A stretch of DNA of 64,000 bases from an uncultured virus (IMG/VR IMGVR_UViG_3300031963_000089). Lineage: Duplodnaviria; Heunggongvirae; Uroviricota; Caudoviricetes. Below are positions 41,001 through 48,603 of this stretch, one piece after another (within the stretch, counting starts at the first letter, position 1; every line of letters starts with the position of its first letter). The stretch lies in IMG/VR virus record IMGVR_UViG_3300031963_000089, positions 1 through 64,000 of that record; one strand, written 5' to 3'. Both the position numbers and the translations under genes were made by a program. The notes under the pieces were generated by a model. That model saw only the letters and a program-made list of their open reading frames with translations. It was not told where the DNA came from and made no database searches.

Positions 41001-41085
41001 TGGTTCCGTATGGACTTGTTCTTGCTACACTGAAAGGTCCTGTTATTTGGGACGCACTTATTGGATTTTGATACGGTATTGCCAT
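35089..41085 (-). CDS. giant fibre-like protein, 1998 aa, with ~1,450 aa of G-S/T-S triplets
   Basis: N-terminal domain (SGRRRLGM) paralogous to 50421..54533, the repeat tract, then a ~150-aa C-terminal region. Confidence 0.85.
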   Translation of the reverse strand: MAIPYQNPISASQITGPFSVARTSPYGTNFNVLNVGGWQEAAYLTNLGLSFSGKGQQQLSANTIPINITIGNGTFMPTYLTLNSDNFSSGRRRLGMIVWVNETETAYQFQIDNYNDLWDAAVSANSVTQLSYETIVKNNTPEGQAFINAWTGSTIEGVSGTSRNDARWRVFAQGTELTGGTFFSGTSTLELYNSDGTVVSVTGITVSGGDGTSGTSGSSGSAGSSGSSGTSGSSGSSGSAGTSGINGVDGASGTSGTSGSSGYSGNDGANSGRWLWTSSIVTPNDPNQGFFATNINELCSVNYISIADNDVYNINYDNWLTAIQDSINLSQEVYLQIEEVGNFPILGIYKILTIVNNGPYWDITLDIPFTCNGNLTSGSTYTFSWIHNGADGSSGSSGSSGESGSSGTSGSSGTSGSSGSAGTSGSSGTSGSSGTSGSSGSSGSSGTSGTSGSSGSSGSSGSSGSSGSSGSVGTSGTSGSSGSSGSSGSVGTSGTSGSSGSSGTSGSSGSSGSSGITGSSGTSGSSGSSGSSGSTGSSGTSGSSGSSGSSGSSGSSGSSGSSGLTGSSGTSGSAGSSGSSGSTGSSGSSGISGSSGSSGSSGLTGSSGTSGTSGSTGSSGTSGSSGTSGSTGSSGSSGSSGLTGSSGTSGSSGSSGSTGSSGSTGTSGSSGSSGSAGSSGSSGISGSSGTSGSSGSAGSSGSSGSSGSAGTSGSSGTSGSSGTSGSSGSTGSSGSSGVNGSSGTSGSTGTSGTSGSSGSSGSTGSSGSSGSSGLTGSSGTSGSSGSSGSSGSSGITGSSGTSGSSGSTGSSGSSGSAGTSGSSGSTGSSGSSGSVGTSGSSGSSGSSGSVGTSGTAGTSGSSGSAGSSGSSGSSGSVGTSGSSGLSGVDGTNGTSGTSGNSGSSGTSGTSGSSGSAGTSGSSGSSGTSGSVGTSGSSGSSGSTGSSGTSGSSGSVGTSGSSGSSGSSGSSGITGSSGTSGTSGSSGSSGSSGSSGSSGSVGTSGSSGSSGSSGSTGTSGSSGSSGSTGSSGTSGSSGSVGTSGSSGSSGSSGSSGSSGSSGSSGTSGSVGTSGSSGSSGLTGSSGTSGSSGSSGSSGSVGTSGTSGSSGSSGSSGSTGSSGTSGSSGSSGSSGLTGSSGTSGSSGSSGSVGTSGSSGSSGSVGTSGSSGSSGSSGSVGTSGSAGTSGSSGSSGSSGSTGSSGTSGSTGTSGSSGSSGSSGSSGSSGSVGTSGSSGSSGTSGSTGSSGSSGSSGTSGSSGSAGSSGSSGSTGTSGSSGSVGTSGSSGSSGSSGSSGLTGSSGTSGSSGSSGSTGSSGSSGTSGSSGSSGSSGSSGSVGTSGSAGTSGSSGTSGSSGSTGTSGSSGSSGSVGTSGSSGSSGSVGTSGSSGSSGSSGSSGLTGSSGTSGSSGSSGSSGSSGSTGTSGSTGTSGSSGSSGSSGSVGTSGSSGTSGSSGSSGSSGSSGLTGSSGTSGSSGSSGSVGTSGSSGSSGSSGTSGSSGSSGSSGSSGSSGSVGTSGSSGTSGSSGSSGSSGSSGSVGTSGSSGSSGTSGSTGSSGTSGSSGSSGSSGTSGSSGSSGSSGSSGSVGTSGSSGTSGSSGSSGSSGSSGSSGSVGTSGTSGSSGSSGSSGSSGSAGTSGTSGSSGSSGSSGSSGSSGSTGTSGSSGSSGSVGTSGSSGISGSSGTSGSSGSSGSSGSVGTSGSSGTSGSSGSSGSSGSSGSVGTSGSSGSVGTSGSSGSSGSSGTSGSSGSSGTSGSSGSSGSTGTSGSSGTSGSSGSSGSSGSSGTSGSSGSSGSSGSSGSSGSSGTSGSSGTSGSSGTSGSSGSSGSSGSSGTSGSSGSAGTSGTGFNTIANPADYRILTASGTSTNSAIAQSKLTFDGTTLGITGDTVEYGKQSLTSCSGTSITASTRICSFSTSLGRSAIFDYWVNNPTTTATRGGQVMSIWDTSNATYVDISTPDLNDSTLGIELRVTVSGGNVEFWADVNKGSWNISISTRITI
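35550..39915 (-). repeat. 9-bp-period coding repeat (GSS/GTS/GSV/GLT triplets)
   Basis: About 4.4 kb of degenerate triplets. Confidence 0.95.
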
Positions 41086-41113
41086 TTTGTTACTTACTAA
41101 TAATTATCTTTTT

Positions 41114-42319
41114 TTAGGTTTTATATACCCCTTTGAAGTAGTAATTATTTTTATCAGGAAGTTTTGGTGGTAACAATCCGTCATTAGATAAGTATAAAAT
41201 TCTATATGTTCCCGCAGGTATTGAACCACCTGAGGTTATAACATCCCCAACCGAAATTTTAGGGTCAGGAGTTGCTAAAATGTCAAAGTCACAAGGTTGT
41301 GACTGATAGCCCACATTTACACTCATATTATTCAAAGTTCCTCCGACACCATCAAGTGGTATCCAAATCGTATACATGTACTGTAAACTAGTATTAATAT
41401 CACTATTATTAACTTCAATAGTTTCAAATGTGTATTGGTTAATCAAACATCCAAAACTATCTTTAATCGTACTTGGGAACTGATTTAAAGCACCTTTTAA
41501 GTTTGTAGGTTGTACAAAGTTTCCTGTTCCACCTGTAAATCCTGAGTATGATGCGTATTTGTTCATCATATAACTGTAATTTGGACTTGTTGGTAATGGA
41601 AGCGCTCCTGAATTACCCCATCCGTACCAACTAACATTAGTGTCAGGTGTTACACCATCCGCTAAGTAATACATATAACTTCCTAATCCAAACAACGAAC
41701 CACCTGCAGAAGAATCTTGAGGTTCTGCAAATACGTAAGCATAATACAAAGGTTTTGTAATAGATGGTGTTGGAGTAAATGTTGGTGTTGTAGTAACTGT
41801 TGGTGTAACAGTTTGTGTAACACTTGGTGTAAGAGATATTGTTGGTGTAACACTTGGGGTAATTGATGGTGTCGGTGTTGGTGTCGCTGGTAGAGCCGGC
41901 GCATTACAACATGGTCTATCAATAATGTAAGGATTATTAGTCGGATAAGAGTAAGAATTTAAACTAAAACTACTTAAAACACTTATATATAATTTTTCAG
42001 GTAACGGTATGATAACAATCCCCTGAGATGACTGTTTTAAAAACTGAACTAAAAACTTACCTTCATTTTTTGTTTCTCTACTTGTGAATTGATAATTCAC
42101 ATAATAAGTAATATCTAAAGGATTTACTGTAGACGCACTTGTTGTAATATAACATTCTTTGGATGCAACAATATATTTTTTATTAACTTCGTCATATACC
42201 GAAATTAAAATTGTATTACCCGAAATATTTTCATCTAAACCAAAATCACTTCTTCCGTTTTTTGATACCTCAACTTGGAAAACTGGTAACGTTGAATTTT
42301 TCTTAATAAACCATTCCAT
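41114..42319 (-). CDS. virion protein: BppU-like N-terminal domain, Pro/Thr linker, C-terminal domain shared with 54543..55547 (start re-assigned to MEWF)
   Basis: MEWFIKKNSTLPVF parallels MEFFINKGATLPVL of the adjacent gene. TPTP tract, then YAYxFxEP...YFxG domain. Confidence 0.7.
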   Translation of the reverse strand: MEWFIKKNSTLPVFQVEVSKNGRSDFGLDENISGNTILISVYDEVNKKYIVASKECYITTSASTVNPLDITYYVNYQFTSRETKNEGKFLVQFLKQSSQGIVIIPLPEKLYISVLSSFSLNSYSYPTNNPYIIDRPCCNAPALPATPTPTPSITPSVTPTISLTPSVTQTVTPTVTTTPTFTPTPSITKPLYYAYVFAEPQDSSAGGSLFGLGSYMYYLADGVTPDTNVSWYGWGNSGALPLPTSPNYSYMMNKYASYSGFTGGTGNFVQPTNLKGALNQFPSTIKDSFGCLINQYTFETIEVNNSDINTSLQYMYTIWIPLDGVGGTLNNMSVNVGYQSQPCDFDILATPDPKISVGDVITSGGSIPAGTYRILYLSNDGLLPPKLPDKNNYYFKGVYKT

Positions 42320-42320
42320 A

Positions 42321-42689
42321 TTAGATAGATACGTAACTATTACCAATTTTTATCGTTAGTTTTTCTCTGATTGGTAAAATGTAAGTTCCTGTATCAGTAA
42401 TAAAAACAAACTCCCCTTCATAAAGACCTTCTCTACTTGTATCACTTGAAGTGAATTTATAATAAACATAATATTCTGTCTCAGCGTTTGGGTCAACAAA
42501 TGTCTTCTCAACAAACCCTCCTTTCTTATTCAGAATCTTATATGCTCCCGTTTTAACATCTATCATGGAAAAGTAAATCAACGAGTTTTCGATTATTGAC
42601 ATGAACTCTGTTATGTCAGCAATACCATCTTTAACCACTTGCATTTTAAGAACAGGTAGTGTTGCACCTTTGTTAATAAAAAATTCCAT
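42321..42689 (-). CDS. BppU-like baseplate/adaptor domain protein, 122 aa
   Basis: YxFTSSDTSREGLYEGEF...ILP pattern. TATTTAT motif at 42710-42704. Confidence 0.6.
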   Translation of the reverse strand: MEFFINKGATLPVLKMQVVKDGIADITEFMSIIENSLIYFSMIDVKTGAYKILNKKGGFVEKTFVDPNAETEYYVYYKFTSSDTSREGLYEGEFVFITDTGTYILPIREKLTIKIGNSYVSI

Positions 42690-42718
42690 TAATAGTTTTT
42701 TAAATAAATATCAAAAAA

Positions 42719-44389
42719 TCAACATTCTTTCCTTAAATTACTATCATAATGTTCAAATCTATCATGTTCGGTAGGTGTGAGTAGTAAAATACCAGGTTTT
42801 AACTTACCTTTAATTGTGTTTTGGAAGTTGTGAGACATCAAAGTTTGTTCATATGGGTGTTGATATTTTGTCTCCAAATAACATTTATAACTCCCACTTT
42901 TAGAAAGAATAATTGGCCAGTTACATAAATAAATTTCCCCTGACGCATATGGAATACCCTTATGTGTTTTTATCTCGTTGAACTTTGTTTTTGGTGCGTT
43001 TGGGTCTAAACCATGTTGTGGTAATCTTGGGTTTTTTGGCCAATGTTGTTCTCTGAAATTTTGTGGGACATTATACCAACTCCATTGTGTACTATTATCA
43101 CCATAAAATTCTGTGAAATTTAATTTTAGGAAATCAAAGTTTTCTTTATTAACTATCTCTAAACTTTTCTGATATAGATTACTTACATATCTATTAAACC
43201 CATTTCTACACACTTCATTTTTTTGTGAGTAAAAAAACATGTCGTCCTCAAAAAATAACATATAGTCCAACCCTGTTTCATCAAAATGTTCAGCAATCCA
43301 TTGTCTTCCACCTGTAATACCTATATTATCTTTTTTAATATGTTCAAAATCATATTCTTTACAAAGTCTTAAATATTCTTCGGTTGTTGATAGGTCGGTT
43401 GAGTTATCCAATAAAAACTTTTTTGGTTTATCTAAAAAATCTCTATCGTATTCAATCATGGATTGAATTAATGTTTCAAATTGTTTTGGTGAATTAAATG
43501 TTATTACATATAACGCAACTTTATCAATATCTAAATCGTTTTGGATTTTAACAAACTCTGTCTTTTTAACTAAAACATCATCTTTTAAATTTTCGAAGAA
43601 TTTTCCAAATAAACCGTTATAATCGATTTCAAAATAATTTATATATTCTTTTAACTTATAAACCATTATTGAAAATATTGATTCCTCAGTTCCCATGTAC
43701 CCACTCGATAGTGTATCATTCAATAGATTATAATATTCACCATTCATCTGTGATATGGTTTCTTTCGGTCCACCAAAAAATCCTCCACGAGCAACTTTCT
43801 TTACATCATCTTCAGCCCATTCGTTAATCTTTGGGTATGAAAATCCGTGTATCTCATTATTAGCGTCATATGGGAAACAAACGAATGTAAACTTATCAAT
43901 ATACTTACTTAAATTATTTAAAACCTTATCGTGTGTGAAATATCCTGGATGAACTGTATTTGTAAGTCCAGCATCAATCCAAAATAAAAACTCTGAATTA
44001 AATCTGTCAAAAATCCTTGCGTCGTTTAACAAAAACATTTTAGACATAACAAGAGGATTATACATTTCTAATCTACCTTGTGTCGATTCTTTTAACCAAC
44101 CTGATTGATTATACCATTCAGGGTTATTTCTAATTTCTTGTATCTTATTATAAAAGTCATTTTCAACAAACCAACTCTTATCTCTTAAAATAAATTGAGT
44201 ATTACTTTGGTCTCTTCTTTCCCAAACAAAATCCTCTAATTCTTTTTCACCAAAAATTATTAAGTTTTCCTCAACCTTTAATAGTTGTTCAAATTTTTCT
44301 AAATAATGTGAAAAAGAACGAGACCAACCTTCTTCAAGGTTTTCTCTACCAATATTCCACAATCCTGTAACTAATGTAATATTACTCAT
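42719..44389 (-). CDS. two-domain glycosyltransferase: HtrL/YibB(WlaTC)-like fused to a GT-A/GT2-like domain
   Basis: TLVTGLWNIGR, FWIDAG, RGGFFGG and GTEESIF. The second domain has VITFN...FFEDDM. Confidence 0.75.
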   Translation of the reverse strand: MSNITLVTGLWNIGRENLEEGWSRSFSHYLEKFEQLLKVEENLIIFGEKELEDFVWERRDQSNTQFILRDKSWFVENDFYNKIQEIRNNPEWYNQSGWLKESTQGRLEMYNPLVMSKMFLLNDARIFDRFNSEFLFWIDAGLTNTVHPGYFTHDKVLNNLSKYIDKFTFVCFPYDANNEIHGFSYPKINEWAEDDVKKVARGGFFGGPKETISQMNGEYYNLLNDTLSSGYMGTEESIFSIMVYKLKEYINYFEIDYNGLFGKFFENLKDDVLVKKTEFVKIQNDLDIDKVALYVITFNSPKQFETLIQSMIEYDRDFLDKPKKFLLDNSTDLSTTEEYLRLCKEYDFEHIKKDNIGITGGRQWIAEHFDETGLDYMLFFEDDMFFYSQKNEVCRNGFNRYVSNLYQKSLEIVNKENFDFLKLNFTEFYGDNSTQWSWYNVPQNFREQHWPKNPRLPQHGLDPNAPKTKFNEIKTHKGIPYASGEIYLCNWPIILSKSGSYKCYLETKYQHPYEQTLMSHNFQNTIKGKLKPGILLLTPTEHDRFEHYDSNLRKEC

Positions 44390-44949
44390 TCTGTATCTCT
44401 AACTTTATAGATTATATAATCAACAAATTCACTTTCAAACATTTGTCCTATCTCTTCATAAAAAATAACATCTCCAAAAACATCTTCTTGAAACATCGGT
44501 AAATTATGTGTGTTTGGAATCACACCCATACATTTACCTACATTACCTCTTGTGAAATCTTTTAATTTCCAATTAACATCACCTAACCAATTGTGTTTGA
44601 ATATGTATAACTTGTTTTTATCTTTAACACTTTCTTTAATTACTTTGAATGCTTCTTCAGTGTATCTATCATCATCATCGGCAAACATTATAAAATCACC
44701 TTCTAATGAATTAATGTTCTCATTAATTAATGGATGTCCGTATTTCCACTTTTGTTCCCCTTGATTTAATATATGATTAACTTTGAATTTAAACTCATAT
44801 CTTGATAATACTTCTGAAACAAAGTCGTGATTAATATCAGAGATTATTGTAAAAATATCTGTTGGGTCTAATTGGTCTTTGAATGACTCAATTAATCTTG
44901 GCAGTGTTTCTCTCCCGATTGAAGTACAAACAATATTAAGACTAAACAT
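44386..44949 (-). CDS. GT2-like glycosyltransferase
   Basis: VCTSIGRETLPRLIES...IISD...GDFIMFADDDD. Confidence 0.8.
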   Translation of the reverse strand: MFSLNIVCTSIGRETLPRLIESFKDQLDPTDIFTIISDINHDFVSEVLSRYEFKFKVNHILNQGEQKWKYGHPLINENINSLEGDFIMFADDDDRYTEEAFKVIKESVKDKNKLYIFKHNWLGDVNWKLKDFTRGNVGKCMGVIPNTHNLPMFQEDVFGDVIFYEEIGQMFESEFVDYIIYKVRDTE

Positions 44950-45805
44950 AACATTTCTCCCTTACATATTTTGTTTCATCATAAATGTCTAAAATTTCTA
45001 AAAACGCTTTTTGTAAGTCTAACCAATCACCAAATTCAAAAGCGTGACATTCATCCGAATGTTTACCTGTAATAGCCGTGAGAACTTCTTGTTCACTAAT
45101 AAGTTGGTTATGTGTTGTTAAGTATTGATTAAAAATGTCTAAATATCCATTTAAAATATGTCTAACTTTTTCTGATGTTCCACCGAATAGACATCCAGGA
45201 ACAACCTTTAATTCAACACCAAATAGTTGATTGAATTTAGAAACTGTTTCATAGTTCATCACAATTGAATTACCTTTCAAATGAATAAACCCGTGTTGGT
45301 TTATTTTATCAACCACCTTATCCAAAAAGTTTTTTGAATTAATTAGTGGAGCCATATAATCTCTCCACCCATCATGACAAGACGTTCCAATCAAACCAGC
45401 ATCAATCCAAAAGATATTATCACAATCATGTGATTCATCAATTAAGAATTTAAGTTTATTTAAAACAACTTCTAAATAATTGTTAACACAATAAATTCTA
45501 TCATAGTTAATTCCACCCGATAATTCTTGAGTTCTAATTCTATCAATTAATTCACAAGTTTCAGAAGTATTTAATTCTTTAAATTTAAATTCAACATTTG
45601 GAAAATTAAATTCATACTTTAAATTGAACTTATCATATGAATTTTGGTCAGTATAAATTACGTAACGATATTCAGGATAAATTATGTTTTTAATTGTTGC
45701 AACCAATAATGAAAAATTTTTATATCTCTCACTATTAATTCCTTCAACATATTTTAATTCATAAATCGCCGAAATTATTTTAGTACCATTTGTCATGTTC
45801 TGCAT
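44942..45805 (-). CDS. HtrL/YibB-like putative glycosyltransferase
   Basis: VIYTD, FWIDAG, PGCLFGG and SEQEVL. Paralogue of the N-terminal domain of 42719..44389. Confidence 0.7.
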   Translation of the reverse strand: MQNMTNGTKIISAIYELKYVEGINSERYKNFSLLVATIKNIIYPEYRYVIYTDQNSYDKFNLKYEFNFPNVEFKFKELNTSETCELIDRIRTQELSGGINYDRIYCVNNYLEVVLNKLKFLIDESHDCDNIFWIDAGLIGTSCHDGWRDYMAPLINSKNFLDKVVDKINQHGFIHLKGNSIVMNYETVSKFNQLFGVELKVVPGCLFGGTSEKVRHILNGYLDIFNQYLTTHNQLISEQEVLTAITGKHSDECHAFEFGDWLDLQKAFLEILDIYDETKYVREKCYV

Positions 45806-46490
45806 ATATTATATTTGATGCTTTATAAGCATTATTTTTTATTTCAATTCCATTCAATAATGCCGAGAAACACATCTCATCTATGTTACCAGCGGGTATG
45901 TTTCTTAAACCTTTTTCTTTTTTATATTCAATACACTTGTCCCAAGTATCTAAAAAACTATTAAACTTATCTTCATCAATACTCAAGTATTGAATACAAT
46001 CTTCAGGCATAACCTCCAACTTATCTTTATCAACCTCATGATTGAAATACTTTTCATACTCAAGTAATCGTCTACCTAATTCACTATTGGTATGAACTTG
46101 TTCGTTAAAATTATATGTTACAGGCCCTGATAAACAATTTTCATCAAACGCCCCCAAAATCTTTTCTTGATTAAAAAAAGATGGGTTAACTCTCATATCA
46201 CAATCAACTAATATGATTTTAGTAAAACCAATACTTAAAGCAGCTCTTAACGAATATCTTTTAACTGAAAAATCAAAGTCATAGTAGTTTTTAGCATACT
46301 CCAAATAATTTGGATTAAAATCATTAATGTTAAAAGTGTGGACAAATTCTTGATTATTAATCTTACTTGGGTCATCAGTAATGACAACCAAATTTGTTTT
46401 ATAATCTGATTCTATGATATCACCAATAAATCTATTAACTTGGTTATAATATCTTTCACCAAAACAAAAAGTAGCAAATGTAAATTTCAT
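45780..46490 (-). CDS. putative GT-A fold glycosyltransferase
   Basis: FATFCFGERY, VITDD, KRY, ILVDCD (DxD) and a C-terminal DE..F..L. Located inside the GT operon. Confidence 0.6.
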   Translation of the reverse strand: MKFTFATFCFGERYYNQVNRFIGDIIESDYKTNLVVITDDPSKINNQEFVHTFNINDFNPNYLEYAKNYYDFDFSVKRYSLRAALSIGFTKIILVDCDMRVNPSFFNQEKILGAFDENCLSGPVTYNFNEQVHTNSELGRRLLEYEKYFNHEVDKDKLEVMPEDCIQYLSIDEDKFNSFLDTWDKCIEYKKEKGLRNIPAGNIDEMCFSALLNGIEIKNNAYKASNIIYAEHDKWY

Positions 46491-46493
46491 ATC

Positions 46494-47738
46494 TTATAAA
46501 TTTCCTGTTATTCTATCACACCATCCTTTAGATTCCGAGTGTGGCCAAACCACCCAATATTTAGGTTTTGAATCAGTTAAGAACTCTCTCCAAACTTTAC
46601 AATAACCATCAGGGTCTCTTAGCATTCTATCAACTTCACCTTTATCAGCATCTTGTCTGTAAATGGTTTCATCTAATTCATTATGGAACGCAACAACCCA
46701 AAAGTCATAATCCTTTTCAGGTACTTGAGTAAACCCAATATCAATACAATGTTTGAATACTGATGTAAATGATTTTAACCATTCTTCTTCTGAATTGAAG
46801 TTATTTGGATTAGGTGGATAACCTTTATCTAATGTATATTGTTGAACGGCTCTCTTTGAAAAGAGTAGTCCTGAATATTTTTCATAATCTCTTAAACTTC
46901 TAACTTTACCAAAACCATATTTTCCGTGATTCATATTTTCCTCACCATCCATACCAAATAGAGAACGATTTTTCTTGTGAGCAAAATTATTCTTATCCAC
47001 CCATTGTTTATCGTCGTCCCATTGTTTGGTTCTACCTTTGCGAGTATATTCATGCCAAATCAAAACTTTGTGTGGGTGGAATAAATCATATCCGTGAGTG
47101 TAAGCTCTTGCGGCAATTGAAATCTCTTCTCCGTGAAAATAAAACTCAGGGTCGTGTTGAACTTCTTTAGCGAACTTACCAAGAGTAAAACAGAAGTGAG
47201 CGGAATAAAATCTTGCGGTAACAGGTTCAGTTAGATTTTGCCAACCAGGAATTGTTTCAGGTAAAAAGAAAACCGCACCTTCAGGAATAAATCTATCAAA
47301 CGCCATTCTCCACGGCTCGTTAACACGTAAACTTGGGTCATTGTCAGGGTCAAATGATGAAACATATCCTGTCAATAAAGGTTTCTTATATCCTTTCTTT
47401 TGAAGTTGTTTAATCATCTTAATCATCTCATCATCCCAATCTTCAGCAAACCTCATGTGTGAGTCAATTTGAAGAGTGTAATTTTCCTTATCATACACTT
47501 GTTGTATTTGATTTCTCGCCCAACATGCTCCTCTAGATTCATAATAAGGAATATCAATTATTCTAAATCTTTCATCATCTCTATATTCATCTAAATTATC
47601 AAAATTATCATCGCGATGATACTGACGAGCAATACCGAAAACTAAGTTTTCAGGTCGTTTAGCATTTTCTAATGCAGATTTTATAGTTGGGATTAACTGT
47701 GGGTCTCTATAAGACGCAACTTGTATAAAAATTTTCAT
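46494..47738 (-). CDS. GT60-like polypeptide alpha-N-acetylglucosaminyltransferase (Skp1 Gnt1 / GlcNAc family)
   Basis: IFIQVASYRD, GACWARN, QIDSHMRF..WD (DxH) and FHGEEISIAARAYTHGYDLFHP. Confidence 0.88.
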   Translation of the reverse strand: MKIFIQVASYRDPQLIPTIKSALENAKRPENLVFGIARQYHRDDNFDNLDEYRDDERFRIIDIPYYESRGACWARNQIQQVYDKENYTLQIDSHMRFAEDWDDEMIKMIKQLQKKGYKKPLLTGYVSSFDPDNDPSLRVNEPWRMAFDRFIPEGAVFFLPETIPGWQNLTEPVTARFYSAHFCFTLGKFAKEVQHDPEFYFHGEEISIAARAYTHGYDLFHPHKVLIWHEYTRKGRTKQWDDDKQWVDKNNFAHKKNRSLFGMDGEENMNHGKYGFGKVRSLRDYEKYSGLLFSKRAVQQYTLDKGYPPNPNNFNSEEEWLKSFTSVFKHCIDIGFTQVPEKDYDFWVVAFHNELDETIYRQDADKGEVDRMLRDPDGYCKVWREFLTDSKPKYWVVWPHSESKGWCDRITGNL

Positions 47739-47791
47739 GTAAACGTTTTACCCAAAATGTATTAATTTTAAATAAAAATTAAAGAAATAAA

Positions 47792-48598
47792 TTAATAAGT
47801 TTGAGCAGTTTGATATGTTTGTCTTGCAACAGTTGCAGTAAAGTTATTTACAGTATGTAGCGTAGTCCATGTTGTTCCATTATTACTACCCGCAATAGTC
47901 CATGATTTAGGGTCTCTACTTTCAGCATCATTTGCGGTAGCCCATCTATATCCATTAAATGTTTTAGCAGTTGAGAACTGAAATATAAAATTAGTAACAT
48001 TTCCGTTTGAGACAAAGTTTAAATCTAATCCTTTTGTTGCCAAATTACCATCAATTAATTTTGAGGGTTCTTCACCTACAGGATTACTACCACCAGGATT
48101 TGTAACGGTAACACCCGTCATACTTTGGTCAACACCATTTAACCTAAAAACAAATTCAGCAGCCTGTACAGCATTAGCATCAGGTGGCGATGTCTTTGTT
48201 TGAGTTATTTGCCATCTATAATAAGTAAATGAACTAACATAAGATGTCCAATATCCTGATGAGTTCAACCATGTTTTAGCCGCGGATGCACTTGCAAATG
48301 TTTGTGGTGTTCCCGTAAAACTTGATACGTACTGAGACAAACTAATAAAGTTATTATCTGTCTTACCTGATGTTCTCCAAAAACCAATATAAGCAGGAAC
48401 TCCAACAGGATTTGGTTGTGTTCCTGATGGAACAGTATGAGCAATCACATAACCCAAATCTTCATCAGGCCCATTCCACCATCTTAAACCTGTGGATGTA
48501 AACCCACTTGTTGGTGTACCAATAGCAATACTTCCGACTTGTTCTGTCCCTGATATTGTTGAACCTGTGTTATATGCGAAGGGTCTTGATGTTGCCAT
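47792..48598 (-). CDS. virion protein with C-terminal F5/8 (discoidin-like) carbohydrate-binding domain
   Basis: KLIDGNLATK...YRWATANDAESRDPKSWTIAGSNNGTTWTTL. Confidence 0.75.
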   Translation of the reverse strand: MATSRPFAYNTGSTISGTEQVGSIAIGTPTSGFTSTGLRWWNGPDEDLGYVIAHTVPSGTQPNPVGVPAYIGFWRTSGKTDNNFISLSQYVSSFTGTPQTFASASAAKTWLNSSGYWTSYVSSFTYYRWQITQTKTSPPDANAVQAAEFVFRLNGVDQSMTGVTVTNPGGSNPVGEEPSKLIDGNLATKGLDLNFVSNGNVTNFIFQFSTAKTFNGYRWATANDAESRDPKSWTIAGSNNGTTWTTLHTVNNFTATVARQTYQTAQTY

Positions 48599-48603
48599 TT
48601 TAT

